The notes: generated from the letters alone by a model not told the origin. A DNA stretch of 58,849 bases from Obrimoposthia wandeli (GCA_977020255.1 CDROCS010001564.1:62001-120849); one strand, 5' to 3'; shown: positions 29,217 through 40,116, counted from the first letter of the stretch. Numbers and translations are program-made.

Positions 29217-29597
29217 ATGAAATTTCGTATGTTGCTTTGGGCCCTTGGCCTAATGATGAAAAAAGCCAGTAAGAACAACCCAGAGTTTAAAAAACAACTG
29301 ACCGGTAAAGATTTTTCTTTTCTGATTCAGACTCAAGATGAAAAGGCAGCTCGTCACTTTATTGTTAAGGATGAGCGTATTAAGTCGAAAGGCGGCGCTG
29401 TAGCAGATCCCGCTTTCAGCATCTCTTTTAAAGACGCAGAGACGGGCATGTACATCATGACCGCTAAGGACAAAAATGCCTTTATGAAAGGTATTCAAGA
29501 AAAAGACATCAAGATCGATGGTGATCTATCATTAGTTATGTGGTTCCAAAGCATTGTGAAGCACGTTAAGCCTAGAAGCAAAAAGAAGAAATCTTAA
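29217..29597 (+). CDS. SCP2-like sterol/lipid-binding-fold protein
   Basis: MKFRMLLWALGLMMKKAS...FMKGIQEKDIKIDGDLSLVMWF. Confidence 0.7.
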   Translation: MKFRMLLWALGLMMKKASKNNPEFKKQLTGKDFSFLIQTQDEKAARHFIVKDERIKSKGGAVADPAFSISFKDAETGMYIMTAKDKNAFMKGIQEKDIKIDGDLSLVMWFQSIVKHVKPRSKKKKS

Positions 29598-29689
29598 ACA
29601 GAAGTGAAGAGAAATAGTTTTTTCTCATTTACTCTGCGCTTATTAGGCGATAATAATACCCGCTAGACTCAATACATAAGGATGGCCAG

Positions 29690-30997
29690 ATGAATCTTAC
29701 CCAACGGATTTTGTTGGCGATGGCAGCAGCCATCTTGTTAGGCAGTGCGACACAGCAGTTATTATTATGGCCTGAGATCCCTTCTTGGCTAGCCACGACC
29801 TTAAGTGATGGCCTAGCAGGGGGTGTTTTTTATGTCGGTGGCCAAATATTTGTTGCTAGCCTAAAAGTTCTGGTGGTTCCCCTAGTATTCATTTCCCTAG
29901 TCTGTGGTACCTGTCAGCTGCAAGGGCAAAGTTCGCTTGGGCGATTAAGCTTAAAAGCGATTGGCTTGTATCTATTAACAACGGCTATCGCGATCTCCAT
30001 TGCTATTTTCGTCGCCGAATTATTGCAACCCGGCATGGGCATTGAAATGACCACAACCGCCGATTTCATTGCGCCTGCATCTCAGCCTTTGAGCCAAGTA
30101 TTTATTAATATTTTCCCCAACAATCCTGTCAAGGCTATGGCCGAAGGCAATATGCTGCAAGTCATCGTATTTGCTATCTTGATTGGCTTGGCAATTAGCC
30201 GCAGCGGTGCGCATGGTGAAAGACTTTCTCAGCAGTTTAATGACTGGAATGAGATTATGATGACGCTTGTCACACTGCTCATGAAGTTAGCGCCTTATGG
30301 TGTCTTCTGCTTATTGTTCAGCCTCTTCGCGAAACAAGGCTTAGGCGTTATTGGTGATCTTGCTTTGTATATGGTGACGGTCTTATTGGTCTTAGCGATA
30401 CACGCTCTTGGCGTATATCCATTATTACTGAAAGCTTTTTCTGGGCTGAATCCTATTATGTTTTTACGCAAAATGCGTAATACCCAATTATTTGCCTTTA
30501 GTACTGCCTCTAGCTCAGCAACGATTCCAGTGACGCTGCGTGCCGTTGAGCAGCGCTTGGGTGTCAGCAACCGCATAGCGTCTTTTACTGTGCCATTAGG
30601 CGCTACCATCAACATGGATGGTACGGCGATTATGCAAGGTGTCGCTACGGTCTTTATTGCGCAAGCCTTTGGCTTAGAATTGGGATTAACCGATTATTTA
30701 TTAGTGATCGCGACGGCGACATTGGCTTCAGTGGGCACAGCGGGTGTGCCGGGAGTAGGTCTAGTAACACTAGCCATGGTTTTACAGCAAGTTGGCTTGC
30801 CTGTAGAAGGTATTGCTTTAATTATTGGCGTAGATAGAATTCTTGATATGGTTCGCACTGCAGTGAATGTCACGGGTGATGCGACGGTATCGTGTATTGT
30901 GGCGAACTCTGAAGACGCCATGGATAAAACAATTTTTAATGATCGTAATGCGGGTCTAATCGATTCGCAGGCGAGTGCAGTGGAAACTAAATATTAA
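29690..30997 (+). CDS. Dicarboxylate/amino acid:cation symporter (DAACS)
   Basis: AFSTASSSATIP; PLGATINMDG; GTAGVPG; GVDRILDMVRT. Confidence 0.95.
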   Translation: MNLTQRILLAMAAAILLGSATQQLLLWPEIPSWLATTLSDGLAGGVFYVGGQIFVASLKVLVVPLVFISLVCGTCQLQGQSSLGRLSLKAIGLYLLTTAIAISIAIFVAELLQPGMGIEMTTTADFIAPASQPLSQVFINIFPNNPVKAMAEGNMLQVIVFAILIGLAISRSGAHGERLSQQFNDWNEIMMTLVTLLMKLAPYGVFCLLFSLFAKQGLGVIGDLALYMVTVLLVLAIHALGVYPLLLKAFSGLNPIMFLRKMRNTQLFAFSTASSSATIPVTLRAVEQRLGVSNRIASFTVPLGATINMDGTAIMQGVATVFIAQAFGLELGLTDYLLVIATATLASVGTAGVPGVGLVTLAMVLQQVGLPVEGIALIIGVDRILDMVRTAVNVTGDATVSCIVANSEDAMDKTIFNDRNAGLIDSQASAVETKY

Positions 30998-31836
30998 TGT
31001 TACGCCCATCTTTTTTGCTTTTAGCGAGTCTTTTTTCTGTCTGTTCATCAGCTCAGATAGAGACTCAATCGACTTTGGCCCAGCAGTCTGATACATCAGG
31101 GGTATTACAGCCACTTGAATTAGCAGATGAGCTGGTTGAGTATACTGAGCTGGAATATCAGTTGATTGAAGCTTCGGGCTTATTAAGCTTATCGCAGCAA
31201 GTGAAGAGTAACGCTCAGAGGTTAATTGCACTTTCGCTAGAGCAGTCTGAAGTAGACGTATCTGGAGCCAAGACAGCGACTGAATTAACGACTGAAAAGA
31301 AAATGGTGCTTATTAATCATGCGCAACATTTTGCTATTGCTAAAAATCTAGCCAAAAACTGGACCGAAGAAGTTTGGCAGCAGCGCTTATTAGAACTAGT
31401 ACACGTCATTCCTGAGGAAACTCAAAAACTCATTCAGAAGCAACTTAGCGAACCTATGTTGCAAGCATCACAGCGTAAAGAACAAGCAGCCATCAATGTG
31501 CAGCACAGTCCTGAATATCGGCTTTATATGAATAAGCTTAGACAGCGTCCACCTTCAGCAGCACGCTGGCAGTTAGTTGAGAACCTAGATAAGCAATCAG
31601 GTTTTTCAAGTGTGATCATTCAGGCTAGGCTGGCGGTGGTTAAAGAGATTCAGTGGCAGGTTAAGGATTGGCAGCCAGAAGAACTCTGGCAAAACCAAAC
31701 ACGTCAGGAGGTATTAGAATTCCTATTTTATGCTTATCGTAAAACGCCTAATAGTGAATTAAAGCACATAGCTCAGAGCTTCAATCAACCAGAATTACAG
31801 CAGTTTTATGCTGACGTGCGCAAAACGATCGATTAA
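30997..31836 (+). CDS. Hypothetical exported helical protein
   Basis: Signal peptide-like N-terminus; start overlaps upstream stop; no family recognised. Confidence 0.65.
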   Translation: MLRPSFLLLASLFSVCSSAQIETQSTLAQQSDTSGVLQPLELADELVEYTELEYQLIEASGLLSLSQQVKSNAQRLIALSLEQSEVDVSGAKTATELTTEKKMVLINHAQHFAIAKNLAKNWTEEVWQQRLLELVHVIPEETQKLIQKQLSEPMLQASQRKEQAAINVQHSPEYRLYMNKLRQRPPSAARWQLVENLDKQSGFSSVIIQARLAVVKEIQWQVKDWQPEELWQNQTRQEVLEFLFYAYRKTPNSELKHIAQSFNQPELQQFYADVRKTID

Positions 31837-31878
31837 ATCTCTAGGCTATCTATACGGATATTTATAAGCCCAGCCGAG

Positions 31879-33291
31879 CTACTTATTCAGCATTTGAATA
31901 AGCTCGCTTAGATCATCAGCTTTCTCTAGAAGATTGTCAGTGACACCATTAACAGCTTCGGCAGTGATGCCGAGGCGCTCAAGAACATCCTCTCTAGGTT
32001 CTTCCCAGGCACCATCTCCAAAGCCACGACTGCGTAATGAACGAGTTGCAACATATAGCAGGTTTGCACAGGTACTGTATTCGCCTTCATAACTTGGGTT
32101 ATGTTGGCTTCGCAGGGCTGTTACGACCTCTTCTGGCATGCGCCATTGCTGCATCAATAGACTACTCACCTGCTCTCGAGTTAATCCTATGATATGTTTT
32201 TCAACCAGGCTGCGGTTAATGTGGGGATTTACTTCGATATGGCGATTGACCAGAGAAAATTGAGGTGGAAATATGTGACCTAAAATGAGGTAGCCAAAAT
32301 TATGCAGTAAGCCGCAGAGATAGGCTGTGCCTGTATTAGGGCGCTCTTTTGCAGGAATTAATCGGGCTAGCTCTCCCATTAATGCGGCAGTGACGACGGC
32401 TTGTTGCCAGAAGGGTGCATAACCATTCGGACCTTCTTTAGGTACGGATAGCGTGCGACCTAACGCTAATCCTAGAGCTAGGTTAATAACCAGATCAAAG
32501 CCGAGTACACGAATGACTGCATCTTCAACTGATTTTATTTCACCCTTTACTCCATAATAAGGAGAGCGCGCCCAGCTAACCACTTGTGCTGCCATACCAG
32601 GATCCATCTCGACGACATTGGCGAGCTCAGTCGTATCGGCATTAGGATCGACACGCAGTTCGATAATCTTACGGGCGGTCTCTGGAAGGGGTGGTAAATC
32701 TAGAGTCTCTTCTAGGCGTTGCTTAATTCGTAATGGGGTAAATTGCTTAATTGCCGAATGCACATCGTCTAGGTCTTGAGTTGAGGTTTGTTGATAGCTA
32801 GGAGTCGGCAATGGAACCGAAAACTCTCCCATAGTCGAGCTAGACGTGAGCGATTTGAAGCAATCTCTAGGCAGTTTAATCCACTCATGGCTATCACCAC
32901 TGGTAATAAACAACTGCTCTTCATCAAGTAGACGTTCGTCCACTAGGCTATCAATTTGAGTCACTTGAGGTAGAGCAGGAAAGTCTTCAATGCCGAACTT
33001 ATTTTTAAGCTTTGTTAGCTCATCAAAGGTTAAGGCACTGAACTGACGACCACACTGCTGCGATAGCCGATTCAAATCAAGAATGCGGTTACTAGGAATG
33101 ACGACCTGAACTTGGCCAATACTATCTTTTAGAAAAATTACACGAGCTAGTTTACTCGAATAATCTGTTATTGGATTGCCCTGCATAAGATGGAAGGTAT
33201 CCTCATCGTCAGTCAATTGGTAGTCAACTTGCCAGTCATCTAATACTTTCAACACCGTGGCTGGAATAGTCATTAATTTAGCCTTTATCAT
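31879..33291 (-). CDS. YbaK-like domain plus HDOD domain protein (SadB-like)
   Basis: LKDSIGQVQVV...GIEDFPALP (YbaK-like); LPPLPETARKI...DPGMAAQVVSWARSPYY...GLLHNFG (HDOD); next to recG as P. aeruginosa sadB is. Confidence 0.85.
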   Translation of the reverse strand: MIKAKLMTIPATVLKVLDDWQVDYQLTDDEDTFHLMQGNPITDYSSKLARVIFLKDSIGQVQVVIPSNRILDLNRLSQQCGRQFSALTFDELTKLKNKFGIEDFPALPQVTQIDSLVDERLLDEEQLFITSGDSHEWIKLPRDCFKSLTSSSTMGEFSVPLPTPSYQQTSTQDLDDVHSAIKQFTPLRIKQRLEETLDLPPLPETARKIIELRVDPNADTTELANVVEMDPGMAAQVVSWARSPYYGVKGEIKSVEDAVIRVLGFDLVINLALGLALGRTLSVPKEGPNGYAPFWQQAVVTAALMGELARLIPAKERPNTGTAYLCGLLHNFGYLILGHIFPPQFSLVNRHIEVNPHINRSLVEKHIIGLTREQVSSLLMQQWRMPEEVVTALRSQHNPSYEGEYSTCANLLYVATRSLRSRGFGDGAWEEPREDVLERLGITAEAVNGVTDNLLEKADDLSELIQMLNK

Positions 33292-33370
33292 AAAATCTTC
33301 TCTATAGAATATAGATCAAAATCGATTTTTTGCTGGCGAAGTCATGCTATTTCAACCTCTATTTCTTTAC

Positions 33371-35491
33371 TTATGCTTGGGCGAACTGTTCAGCATCCCC
33401 CATCCAACGTTGAATGATGGCATCCACATGTTGAGGATGCTGGCTAACGAGCTGCTCAGCCATCGCCTTTACTTGGGGTAATAGATGCCCATCGCGCTCT
33501 AAATCAGCGACTGATAATTGTTGGAGCCCGGTTTGTCGACTGCCCAGTAACTCGCCAGGGCCGCGGATTAATAGGTCTTGCTCCGCAATATAAAAACCGT
33601 CATTACTTTCTCGCATAACGGTCAAACGTTGCTTACTCACATCGCCTAAAGGGGATTGGTACAGCAAGACACAATGGGATTGCTGATTACCGCGGCCGAC
33701 TCGGCCTCGTAATTGGTGTAACTGAGCTAAGCCAAGGCGTTCGGGGTTCTCGATAATAATTAGATTAGAGTTAGGTACATCAACGCCGACTTCGATCACA
33801 GTGGTCGCGACTAATAAGTCCAGCTCGTGGCCTTTGAAGCGTTGCATAATGTCGGCTTTTTCTTGAGATTTCATACGACCGTGAATCAAGCCAATGCGTA
33901 GCTTCGGTAACGCATCAGTGAGCTGTTGAGCGGTGACTTCAGCAGCCTGACATTGCAGGCTTTCGCTTTCTTCGATCAAGGTGCAAACCCAATATGCTTG
34001 TGTTCCGCCCTGACAAACTTCGTTAATGCGTTGAATTATTTCGTTACGTCTTTGATTGCTGATAACAGAGGTATTGATTGGAATTCGACCTGGAGGTAAT
34101 TCATCAATAACAGAAACATCTAAATCAGCATAAGCGCTCATCGCTAACGTTCGAGGAATGGGGGTTGCTGTCATGATCAACTGGTGTGGTGCCAGTTCTT
34201 TGCCTTTGCCTCTCAGCGCTAAACGCTGGTGGACGCCAAAGCGATGCTGCTCATCAATGATGGCTAGACCGAGTTGCTGAAATTCTACTTCAGCCTGGAA
34301 CAAGGCGTGGGTGCCAATAATTAGCTTGGCTTCACCGCTGGCAATTTCAGCCAAGACCTTTTCTCTAGCTTTACCTTTTACTTTACCGGTTAACCACGCG
34401 ATTTTTTTCTTCTTACCGTCACTATCAAGGCCTTGCTGCTCGAATAGCGGCTCAAACCATTGACTGAAATTAACCAGATGCTGCTCGGCTAATATTTCCG
34501 TCGGCGCCATAATCGCCACTTGATAACCTGCATCGACCATTGGGGCGGCAGTCAAAGCGGCTACAAGAGTTTTCCCAGAGCCAACATCTCCTTGCACTAA
34601 GCGCAGCATTGGATGAGGTTGGCTAAGGTCAAATTGAATTTCTTCTACTACCCGAGTTTGTGCATCAGTAGGGGTGAACGGCAATGCATCCATAATGCCT
34701 TGCTGACTGGGACCCATGAATTGAATCTGGGCCGCATTCTCTTGCTTTGCCTTTAACCTTGCTCGGTGCATTGATAATTGATGGGCGAGTAACTCTTCCA
34801 ATATCAGACGTCTTTGGCAGGGATGTTGTCCTGCTTCCAGCTGCTCTAAATTTGCTTCTGTCGGAGGCTGATGCAGGTATTGCAGCGCCTGACTTAAAGA
34901 GGGTAATTGCCATTCTTGCAGCCAACTTATAGGCAGTAGCTCGCGTAACTGAAATTTATCCTCGGCCAACATTTCTAATGCTTGGCTGATCATTGTTCGC
35001 AGTCGGCCTTGGCTAATACCATCAGTTGCGGGATAGACCGGTGTTAGAGTTTGCTCAAGGTCATCTTCATCAGCAGATACCAACTGATATTCAGGGTGAT
35101 AGATTTCCAAACCACTGGCACCACGGCGGGCTTCTCCGTAGCAGCGTATCTCTGCACCATCATCGAACTGTTTTTTCTGGCTGGCAGTAAAGTGATAAAA
35201 ACGCAGGCCGAGGCTGCCGCTTTGGTCTTGAATTCTCACGCTGAGACTGCGTCTTTTACCAAATAAGATTTGTGAACTCTTCACAAATCCTTGAACCACA
35301 TAGGTTTGCTGAGGGCGCATGGCGGCTATTGGAGTAACGCGGGTTCTATCTTCATAGCGAAACGGTAAGTGAAACAACAAGTTCACTAGATCGTGAATGC
35401 CCCAGTCAGAGAATTGCTGGGCCAACTTAGGGCCGACACCTTTTAATTGCGTGAGCGCTATTTGCTTCTCAATTAAGGATTTATGAGACAT
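33371..35491 (-). CDS. recG: ATP-dependent DNA helicase RecG
   Basis: QGDVGSGKT, DEQHRFGV, MTATPIPRTL, QLHQLRGRVGRG. Confidence 0.98.
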   Translation of the reverse strand: MSHKSLIEKQIALTQLKGVGPKLAQQFSDWGIHDLVNLLFHLPFRYEDRTRVTPIAAMRPQQTYVVQGFVKSSQILFGKRRSLSVRIQDQSGSLGLRFYHFTASQKKQFDDGAEIRCYGEARRGASGLEIYHPEYQLVSADEDDLEQTLTPVYPATDGISQGRLRTMISQALEMLAEDKFQLRELLPISWLQEWQLPSLSQALQYLHQPPTEANLEQLEAGQHPCQRRLILEELLAHQLSMHRARLKAKQENAAQIQFMGPSQQGIMDALPFTPTDAQTRVVEEIQFDLSQPHPMLRLVQGDVGSGKTLVAALTAAPMVDAGYQVAIMAPTEILAEQHLVNFSQWFEPLFEQQGLDSDGKKKKIAWLTGKVKGKAREKVLAEIASGEAKLIIGTHALFQAEVEFQQLGLAIIDEQHRFGVHQRLALRGKGKELAPHQLIMTATPIPRTLAMSAYADLDVSVIDELPPGRIPINTSVISNQRRNEIIQRINEVCQGGTQAYWVCTLIEESESLQCQAAEVTAQQLTDALPKLRIGLIHGRMKSQEKADIMQRFKGHELDLLVATTVIEVGVDVPNSNLIIIENPERLGLAQLHQLRGRVGRGNQQSHCVLLYQSPLGDVSKQRLTVMRESNDGFYIAEQDLLIRGPGELLGSRQTGLQQLSVADLERDGHLLPQVKAMAEQLVSQHPQHVDAIIQRWMGDAEQFAQA

Positions 35492-36372
35492 TTACCGGCG
35501 GTATCCAATAATAAATCGATGGCTTTACCGCGGGGGAAGCTTGCTCGCCAAGCTAATGCAACGGTGCGATGGGGGGCTGGGCTAGCAAAAGGCCGAGTAG
35601 TTATTAAGGCCGAGTCTAGGTTGCCGACAGCCGATTCTGGTAATACGGTAATGCCTAAGCCTGTCGCGACCATGTACTTTAATGTCTCTAGTGAGCTGCC
35701 TTGGGTCACGCTACCGATGCGATTATTTTGTTGCTGACTTAACGCTGGGCAGAGTTCGAGCACTTGATCGCGGAAGCAATGACCTTCCCCTAGCAGTAAT
35801 AGATCCTGATTAGGCAGCATATCAGCCTGTATATGTTTGAATTTTGCTAAGGCATGATCTTTAGGCATAACGACAACAAAAGGCTCATCATAGAGTGGAC
35901 GGGTCATTACGTCAGGTTCGTTAAATGGCAACGCTATGATGATGGCATCAAGTTCTCCTTCTCTAAGTTGGCGGCGCAAAACCGCGGTATAGCTTTCCTC
36001 AATGAACAAAGACATTTGAGATGCTTGTTTGTGAATTTGCGGAACTAAGTGAGGAAAAAGATACGGGCCAATTGTAAAAATAGCACCGACTTTGAGAGGG
36101 CTATTCAGCTGATCTTTACCGACGTCTGCCAGTTCTTTAAGGGTGCGAGCTTCAGCCAAAATCTTTTCTGCTTGCTGGATGATTTTTTCACCTAACGGCG
36201 TCGGTCTGACCGAAGATTTACTGCGCTCAAAGATGGAGATTTTTAATTCGCCTTCTAACTTTTTTACCGCTACGCTCAAAGTAGGCTGACTGACAAAGCA
36301 TTTTTCTGCCGCGCGACCAAAATGGCGTTCTTGAGCTAGCGTCACGATATAGCGTAATTCAGTTAGGGTCAT
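35473..36372 (-). CDS. oxyR: H2O2-sensing LysR regulator
   Basis: GHCFRDQVLELC carries both redox cysteines; oxyR-recG synteny. Confidence 0.93.
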   Translation of the reverse strand: MTLTELRYIVTLAQERHFGRAAEKCFVSQPTLSVAVKKLEGELKISIFERSKSSVRPTPLGEKIIQQAEKILAEARTLKELADVGKDQLNSPLKVGAIFTIGPYLFPHLVPQIHKQASQMSLFIEESYTAVLRRQLREGELDAIIIALPFNEPDVMTRPLYDEPFVVVMPKDHALAKFKHIQADMLPNQDLLLLGEGHCFRDQVLELCPALSQQQNNRIGSVTQGSSLETLKYMVATGLGITVLPESAVGNLDSALITTRPFASPAPHRTVALAWRASFPRGKAIDLLLDTAGKCLINP

Positions 36373-36549
36373 GATGCCTCGGCCATTAAAAGAGCGCTGT
36401 TCATTCAGCGCACTTAACTAGGAGCTCTAATTAGCAGTACTTAATTAGAGAGTATGTTTCGATTTATATTAACTATTACGATAGCAAATAGAAAGCCTGC
36501 TTTTCGCTAAACTAAATTAATCATATTGAGTGTATTTAAGGAGTTGTAA

Positions 36550-37404
36550 ATGGCGAGAATTTTAGTCGTCGGCGCAGGAGATATTGGTGGCCAGTTGGCT
36601 ATCAAGATGGTTTCTGCAGGTCATGATGTCTGGGGTATGCGTCGTTCTGATAAGCCCATTGGCCATGGCGTTCAAACTATCATTGGTGATGTCTCTGAAC
36701 CTGAGAGCTTGCTAGAAATCCCCGACAATATCGATATTTTGGTATATACCGTGGCCTCTCCTGAGTTTTCAAAAGAGGGCTACCATAAGTATTATTATCA
36801 GGGTATCAGCCATGTATTACATGCGTTAAAGGCTCAAGGACAAGTCCCGAAACACGCTTTTTTTACTTCAAGCACCAGTGTTTATCATCAAATGGACGCA
36901 TCTTGGGTTGATGAAGAAAGCCCAACCGAACCACACAGTTTTGCTGGCATGGAGTTATTGCAGGCCGAGGCCGTATTAGAGAAAGGTTATATACCTTCGA
37001 CGTCAGTACGCTTCCCTGGCATTTATGGCCCTGGTCGTAATCGCATGGTTGAGCAGGCTAGGCAAGGCGGTCATTGTGATCCTGCCCCTGAGGTATGGAC
37101 CAATCGAATACATCGAGATGATTGTGTCGGAGTATTGAAATTTTTGATCGAAAAAGTGCTCGCGGGCGAGTCAATCGAAGAAATTTATCTAGGTTGTGAT
37201 TCCCAACCTTCGACATTATTTGAAGTTCTAGAATGGATGAAAGATAGAATTGGGGATGTAGAGCCAGACTATGAATTGCCCGAAGCAACTCGACGAGCAA
37301 ACCGACGCTGTAGCAACAAGCGCTTAATTGCAGTGGGTTATCAATTCCAATTTAATAACTATCAAGAAGGCTATGAGTTTGTTCTGCAGGAATTAGGACT
37401 GTAG
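36550..37404 (+). CDS. NAD-dependent epimerase/atypical SDR
   Basis: GAGDIG; SSTSVY; RFPGIYGPGR; NRIHRDD. Confidence 0.88.
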   Translation: MARILVVGAGDIGGQLAIKMVSAGHDVWGMRRSDKPIGHGVQTIIGDVSEPESLLEIPDNIDILVYTVASPEFSKEGYHKYYYQGISHVLHALKAQGQVPKHAFFTSSTSVYHQMDASWVDEESPTEPHSFAGMELLQAEAVLEKGYIPSTSVRFPGIYGPGRNRMVEQARQGGHCDPAPEVWTNRIHRDDCVGVLKFLIEKVLAGESIEEIYLGCDSQPSTLFEVLEWMKDRIGDVEPDYELPEATRRANRRCSNKRLIAVGYQFQFNNYQEGYEFVLQELGL

Positions 37405-37479
37405 TTGCAAAGTACGACGTACAGCCCCTTAGCGATTAATGGTTAGTTGCTAATCGTTGCCGAGCAGCGATTAGCCGTC

Positions 37480-37863
37480 TTAATCTAGTTCAACAATGCC
37501 ATCCATTTCCACATCTGCATCCTTCGGCAGCTGAGATACACCAATGGCGGCACGTGCTGGGTAAGGCTGTTCAAAGTACTCAGCCATTACTTTATTAACC
37601 GTCGCGAAATTACTCAAATCAGTTAAGAAAATGTTTAACTTTACGATGTCTTTCAACTTGCCGCCGGCCGCTTCACAAACAGCGGTTAAGTTTTGAAATA
37701 CTCGATGGATTTGAGCTTCAATATCACCTTCTACCATTTCCATAGTCTCAGGAACCAATGGGATTTGGCCAGAAAGATAAACGGTATTATTAACTTTAAC
37801 GGCTTGTGAATAAGTACCGATGGCCTGTGGAGCTTTGTCTGTATTAATAATGGTCTTAGCCAT
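37480..37863 (-). CDS. RidA-family enamine/imine deaminase
   Basis: [11 protein letters not shown]; SGQIP; [10 protein letters not shown]. Confidence 0.95.
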   Translation of the reverse strand: MAKTIINTDKAPQAIGTYSQAVKVNNTVYLSGQIPLVPETMEMVEGDIEAQIHRVFQNLTAVCEAAGGKLKDIVKLNIFLTDLSNFATVNKVMAEYFEQPYPARAAIGVSQLPKDADVEMDGIVELD

Positions 37864-37906
37864 GATATATCCTTAATAATGTTTAATATGTTGATTAAAA
37901 CCGTGT

Positions 37907-40045
37907 TTAACTCTTGATTCGAACAATTTTATTCACACCACGAATGGCGCGCAAGCGTCGAATCACGCGTGCAAGATGCTTACGACCTTGAACGCTGAGT
38001 TGCAATTGAGTAACACTGAGTTGAGCATCACGATCTTCGACGCTTATGCCTTCAATGTTGGCATCTGCTTGGGTAATGGCTGACGCGAGTTCAGCGACAA
38101 GGCCTTTACGATTCTCCAGATAAATTCTCAGGTCGACAGAGAATTCTCCGTCGATATCTTTGTCCCAACTGAGAATGACGCACTTCTCAGGGTTACCTTG
38201 AATATCCTTCACGTTTTTACAGGATTCGGTATGAATCACTAAACCACGACCAGAGCTGACGTTACCCACAATCGGATCACCAGGAATCGGACTACAGCAT
38301 TTTGCAAAGCTGACGACTAAACCTTCGGTGCCTTTGATTGCAAGAGGCGCATCGTCGTTCATATTTTCGAGGTCGATATCGGTGTCTTTATTGGCAACCA
38401 ATAAACGGCGAGCAACCAAAGAGGCCATGCGGTTACCTAAACCAATATCTTCCATGATGTCTTCGACGAAGCCTAGCCCCGTTTCTTCTAATACTAAATC
38501 AATATGGGCTTGGTCTATGTCGTCCATCGATTTGCCAAGCGAGGCAAGTGCTTTATGCAGCAAGCGCTCGCCGAGTGATACCGATTCAGATCGACGCTGG
38601 CTCTTTAGGAAGTGACGAATGTTGGAGCGTGCTTTACCGGTAACTACAAAACTTAGCCAAGCAGGGTTTGGTTGTGCACCGGGAGCTGTGACGATTTGTA
38701 TCGTCTGGCCATTTTGTAATTTTGAGCTTAAGGGCGCGAGTTGGCGATCAATACGACAGGCAATGCATGAGTTACCCACATCGGTATGAATCGCATAAGC
38801 AAAATCGACGGTGGTTGAACCTTTAGGCAATTCGAAAATACGGCCTTTAGGCGAGAATACGTAGATCTCGTCAGGGAATAAATCGACCTTAACGTGCTCA
38901 ATGAACTCTATCGGGCTACCAGCACTTTTTTGCAATTCAAGTAGATTCTGAACCCATTGCTGAGCACGCTGACTACCACTGGTATTAGGTGATGAATTAG
39001 CCGAAGTACTGCTATCCGACTTATACAGCCAATGAGAAGCAATGCCGTGTTTCGCCATCGCATCCATTTCTTCAGTACGTATCTGAATCTCAATAGGAAC
39101 GCCACTGATGCCAATTAAGGTGGTATGCAGTGATTGATAGCCATTTGTTTTTGGAATGGCAATATAGTCTTTAAAGCGTCCAGGAATCGGTTTATAGAGG
39201 TTATGCACGGCGCCTAATATGCGATAACACATATCAACGGATTCAACGACGATGCGGAAACCATACACATCAAGAATATCATTTAAGGATTTACGCTGTT
39301 CTTTCATCTTGCTGTAGATGCTGAACATGTGTTTTTCTCGGCCTATCACTCGACTAGGCAAGTTTTCTTCATTCAAGCGCTTGCGCAACGAGGTGGCAAT
39401 TTTATCCACAAGCTCTTTACGATTGCCGCGCGCATTGGTTACAGCTTTGCGGATTAAGGTAGAGCGCATTGGATACATAGCGTCAAAACAGAGCTCTTCC
39501 ATTTCAACGCGAACACTATTCAAGCCTAAGCGGTGAGCTACCGGAGCATAAATATCCAACGTTTCACGCCCGATACGGCGACGCTTATCAGGTCGTAGAG
39601 CGCCTAAAGTCCGCAAGTTATGCAAGCGGTCAGCCAGTTTAACCAGCATCACGCGGATATCTTTGGCCATTGCCAGAACCATTTTCTGAAAGTTCTCGGC
39701 TTGCTGCTCTTCTTTACTCTCAAACTTTATGTGCGTCAGTTTACTTACGCCATCCACTAATTCAGTAACAACATCACCAAATTGTTCGGCTAAAGCAATT
39801 TTTGGAATTCCAGTATCTTCAATCACATCATGCAGCATTGCTGCCATTAAGCTTTGATGATCGAGGCGCATGTCAGCCAAAATACTGGCAACGGCTAAAG
39901 GATGGATTATATAAGGTTCGCCACTACGACGGCGTTGCCCTGTGTGGGCTTGCTCAGCGTAAAAGTAGGCGCGACGCACCAGCTGAACTTGTTCGGTAGA
40001 AAGGTAGGTAGAAAGTCGATCAGATAAGGCGTCTATAGTTGGCAC
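37907..40045 (-). CDS. spoT: (p)ppGpp synthetase/hydrolase
   Basis: Intact HD motif LHDVIED; KLADRLHN; YQSLHT; TGS and ACT domains; downstream of rpoZ. Confidence 0.96.
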   Translation of the reverse strand: MPTIDALSDRLSTYLSTEQVQLVRRAYFYAEQAHTGQRRRSGEPYIIHPLAVASILADMRLDHQSLMAAMLHDVIEDTGIPKIALAEQFGDVVTELVDGVSKLTHIKFESKEEQQAENFQKMVLAMAKDIRVMLVKLADRLHNLRTLGALRPDKRRRIGRETLDIYAPVAHRLGLNSVRVEMEELCFDAMYPMRSTLIRKAVTNARGNRKELVDKIATSLRKRLNEENLPSRVIGREKHMFSIYSKMKEQRKSLNDILDVYGFRIVVESVDMCYRILGAVHNLYKPIPGRFKDYIAIPKTNGYQSLHTTLIGISGVPIEIQIRTEEMDAMAKHGIASHWLYKSDSSTSANSSPNTSGSQRAQQWVQNLLELQKSAGSPIEFIEHVKVDLFPDEIYVFSPKGRIFELPKGSTTVDFAYAIHTDVGNSCIACRIDRQLAPLSSKLQNGQTIQIVTAPGAQPNPAWLSFVVTGKARSNIRHFLKSQRRSESVSLGERLLHKALASLGKSMDDIDQAHIDLVLEETGLGFVEDIMEDIGLGNRMASLVARRLLVANKDTDIDLENMNDDAPLAIKGTEGLVVSFAKCCSPIPGDPIVGNVSSGRGLVIHTESCKNVKDIQGNPEKCVILSWDKDIDGEFSVDLRIYLENRKGLVAELASAITQADANIEGISVEDRDAQLSVTQLQLSVQGRKHLARVIRRLRAIRGVNKIVRIKS

Positions 40046-40072
40046 GGCTGAGCCCTGAAATGAGAAAAATTC

Positions 40073-40103
40073 AAACCGAGCAGGCTAGGCCTAAGCTCGG
40101 TTT
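40073..40103 (-). terminator. Terminator-like hairpin between rpoZ and spoT
   Basis: AAACCGAGC-N13-GCTCGGTTT followed on - strand by GAATTTTT. Confidence 0.5.
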
Positions 40104-40116
40104 GTGACGACAAAAA

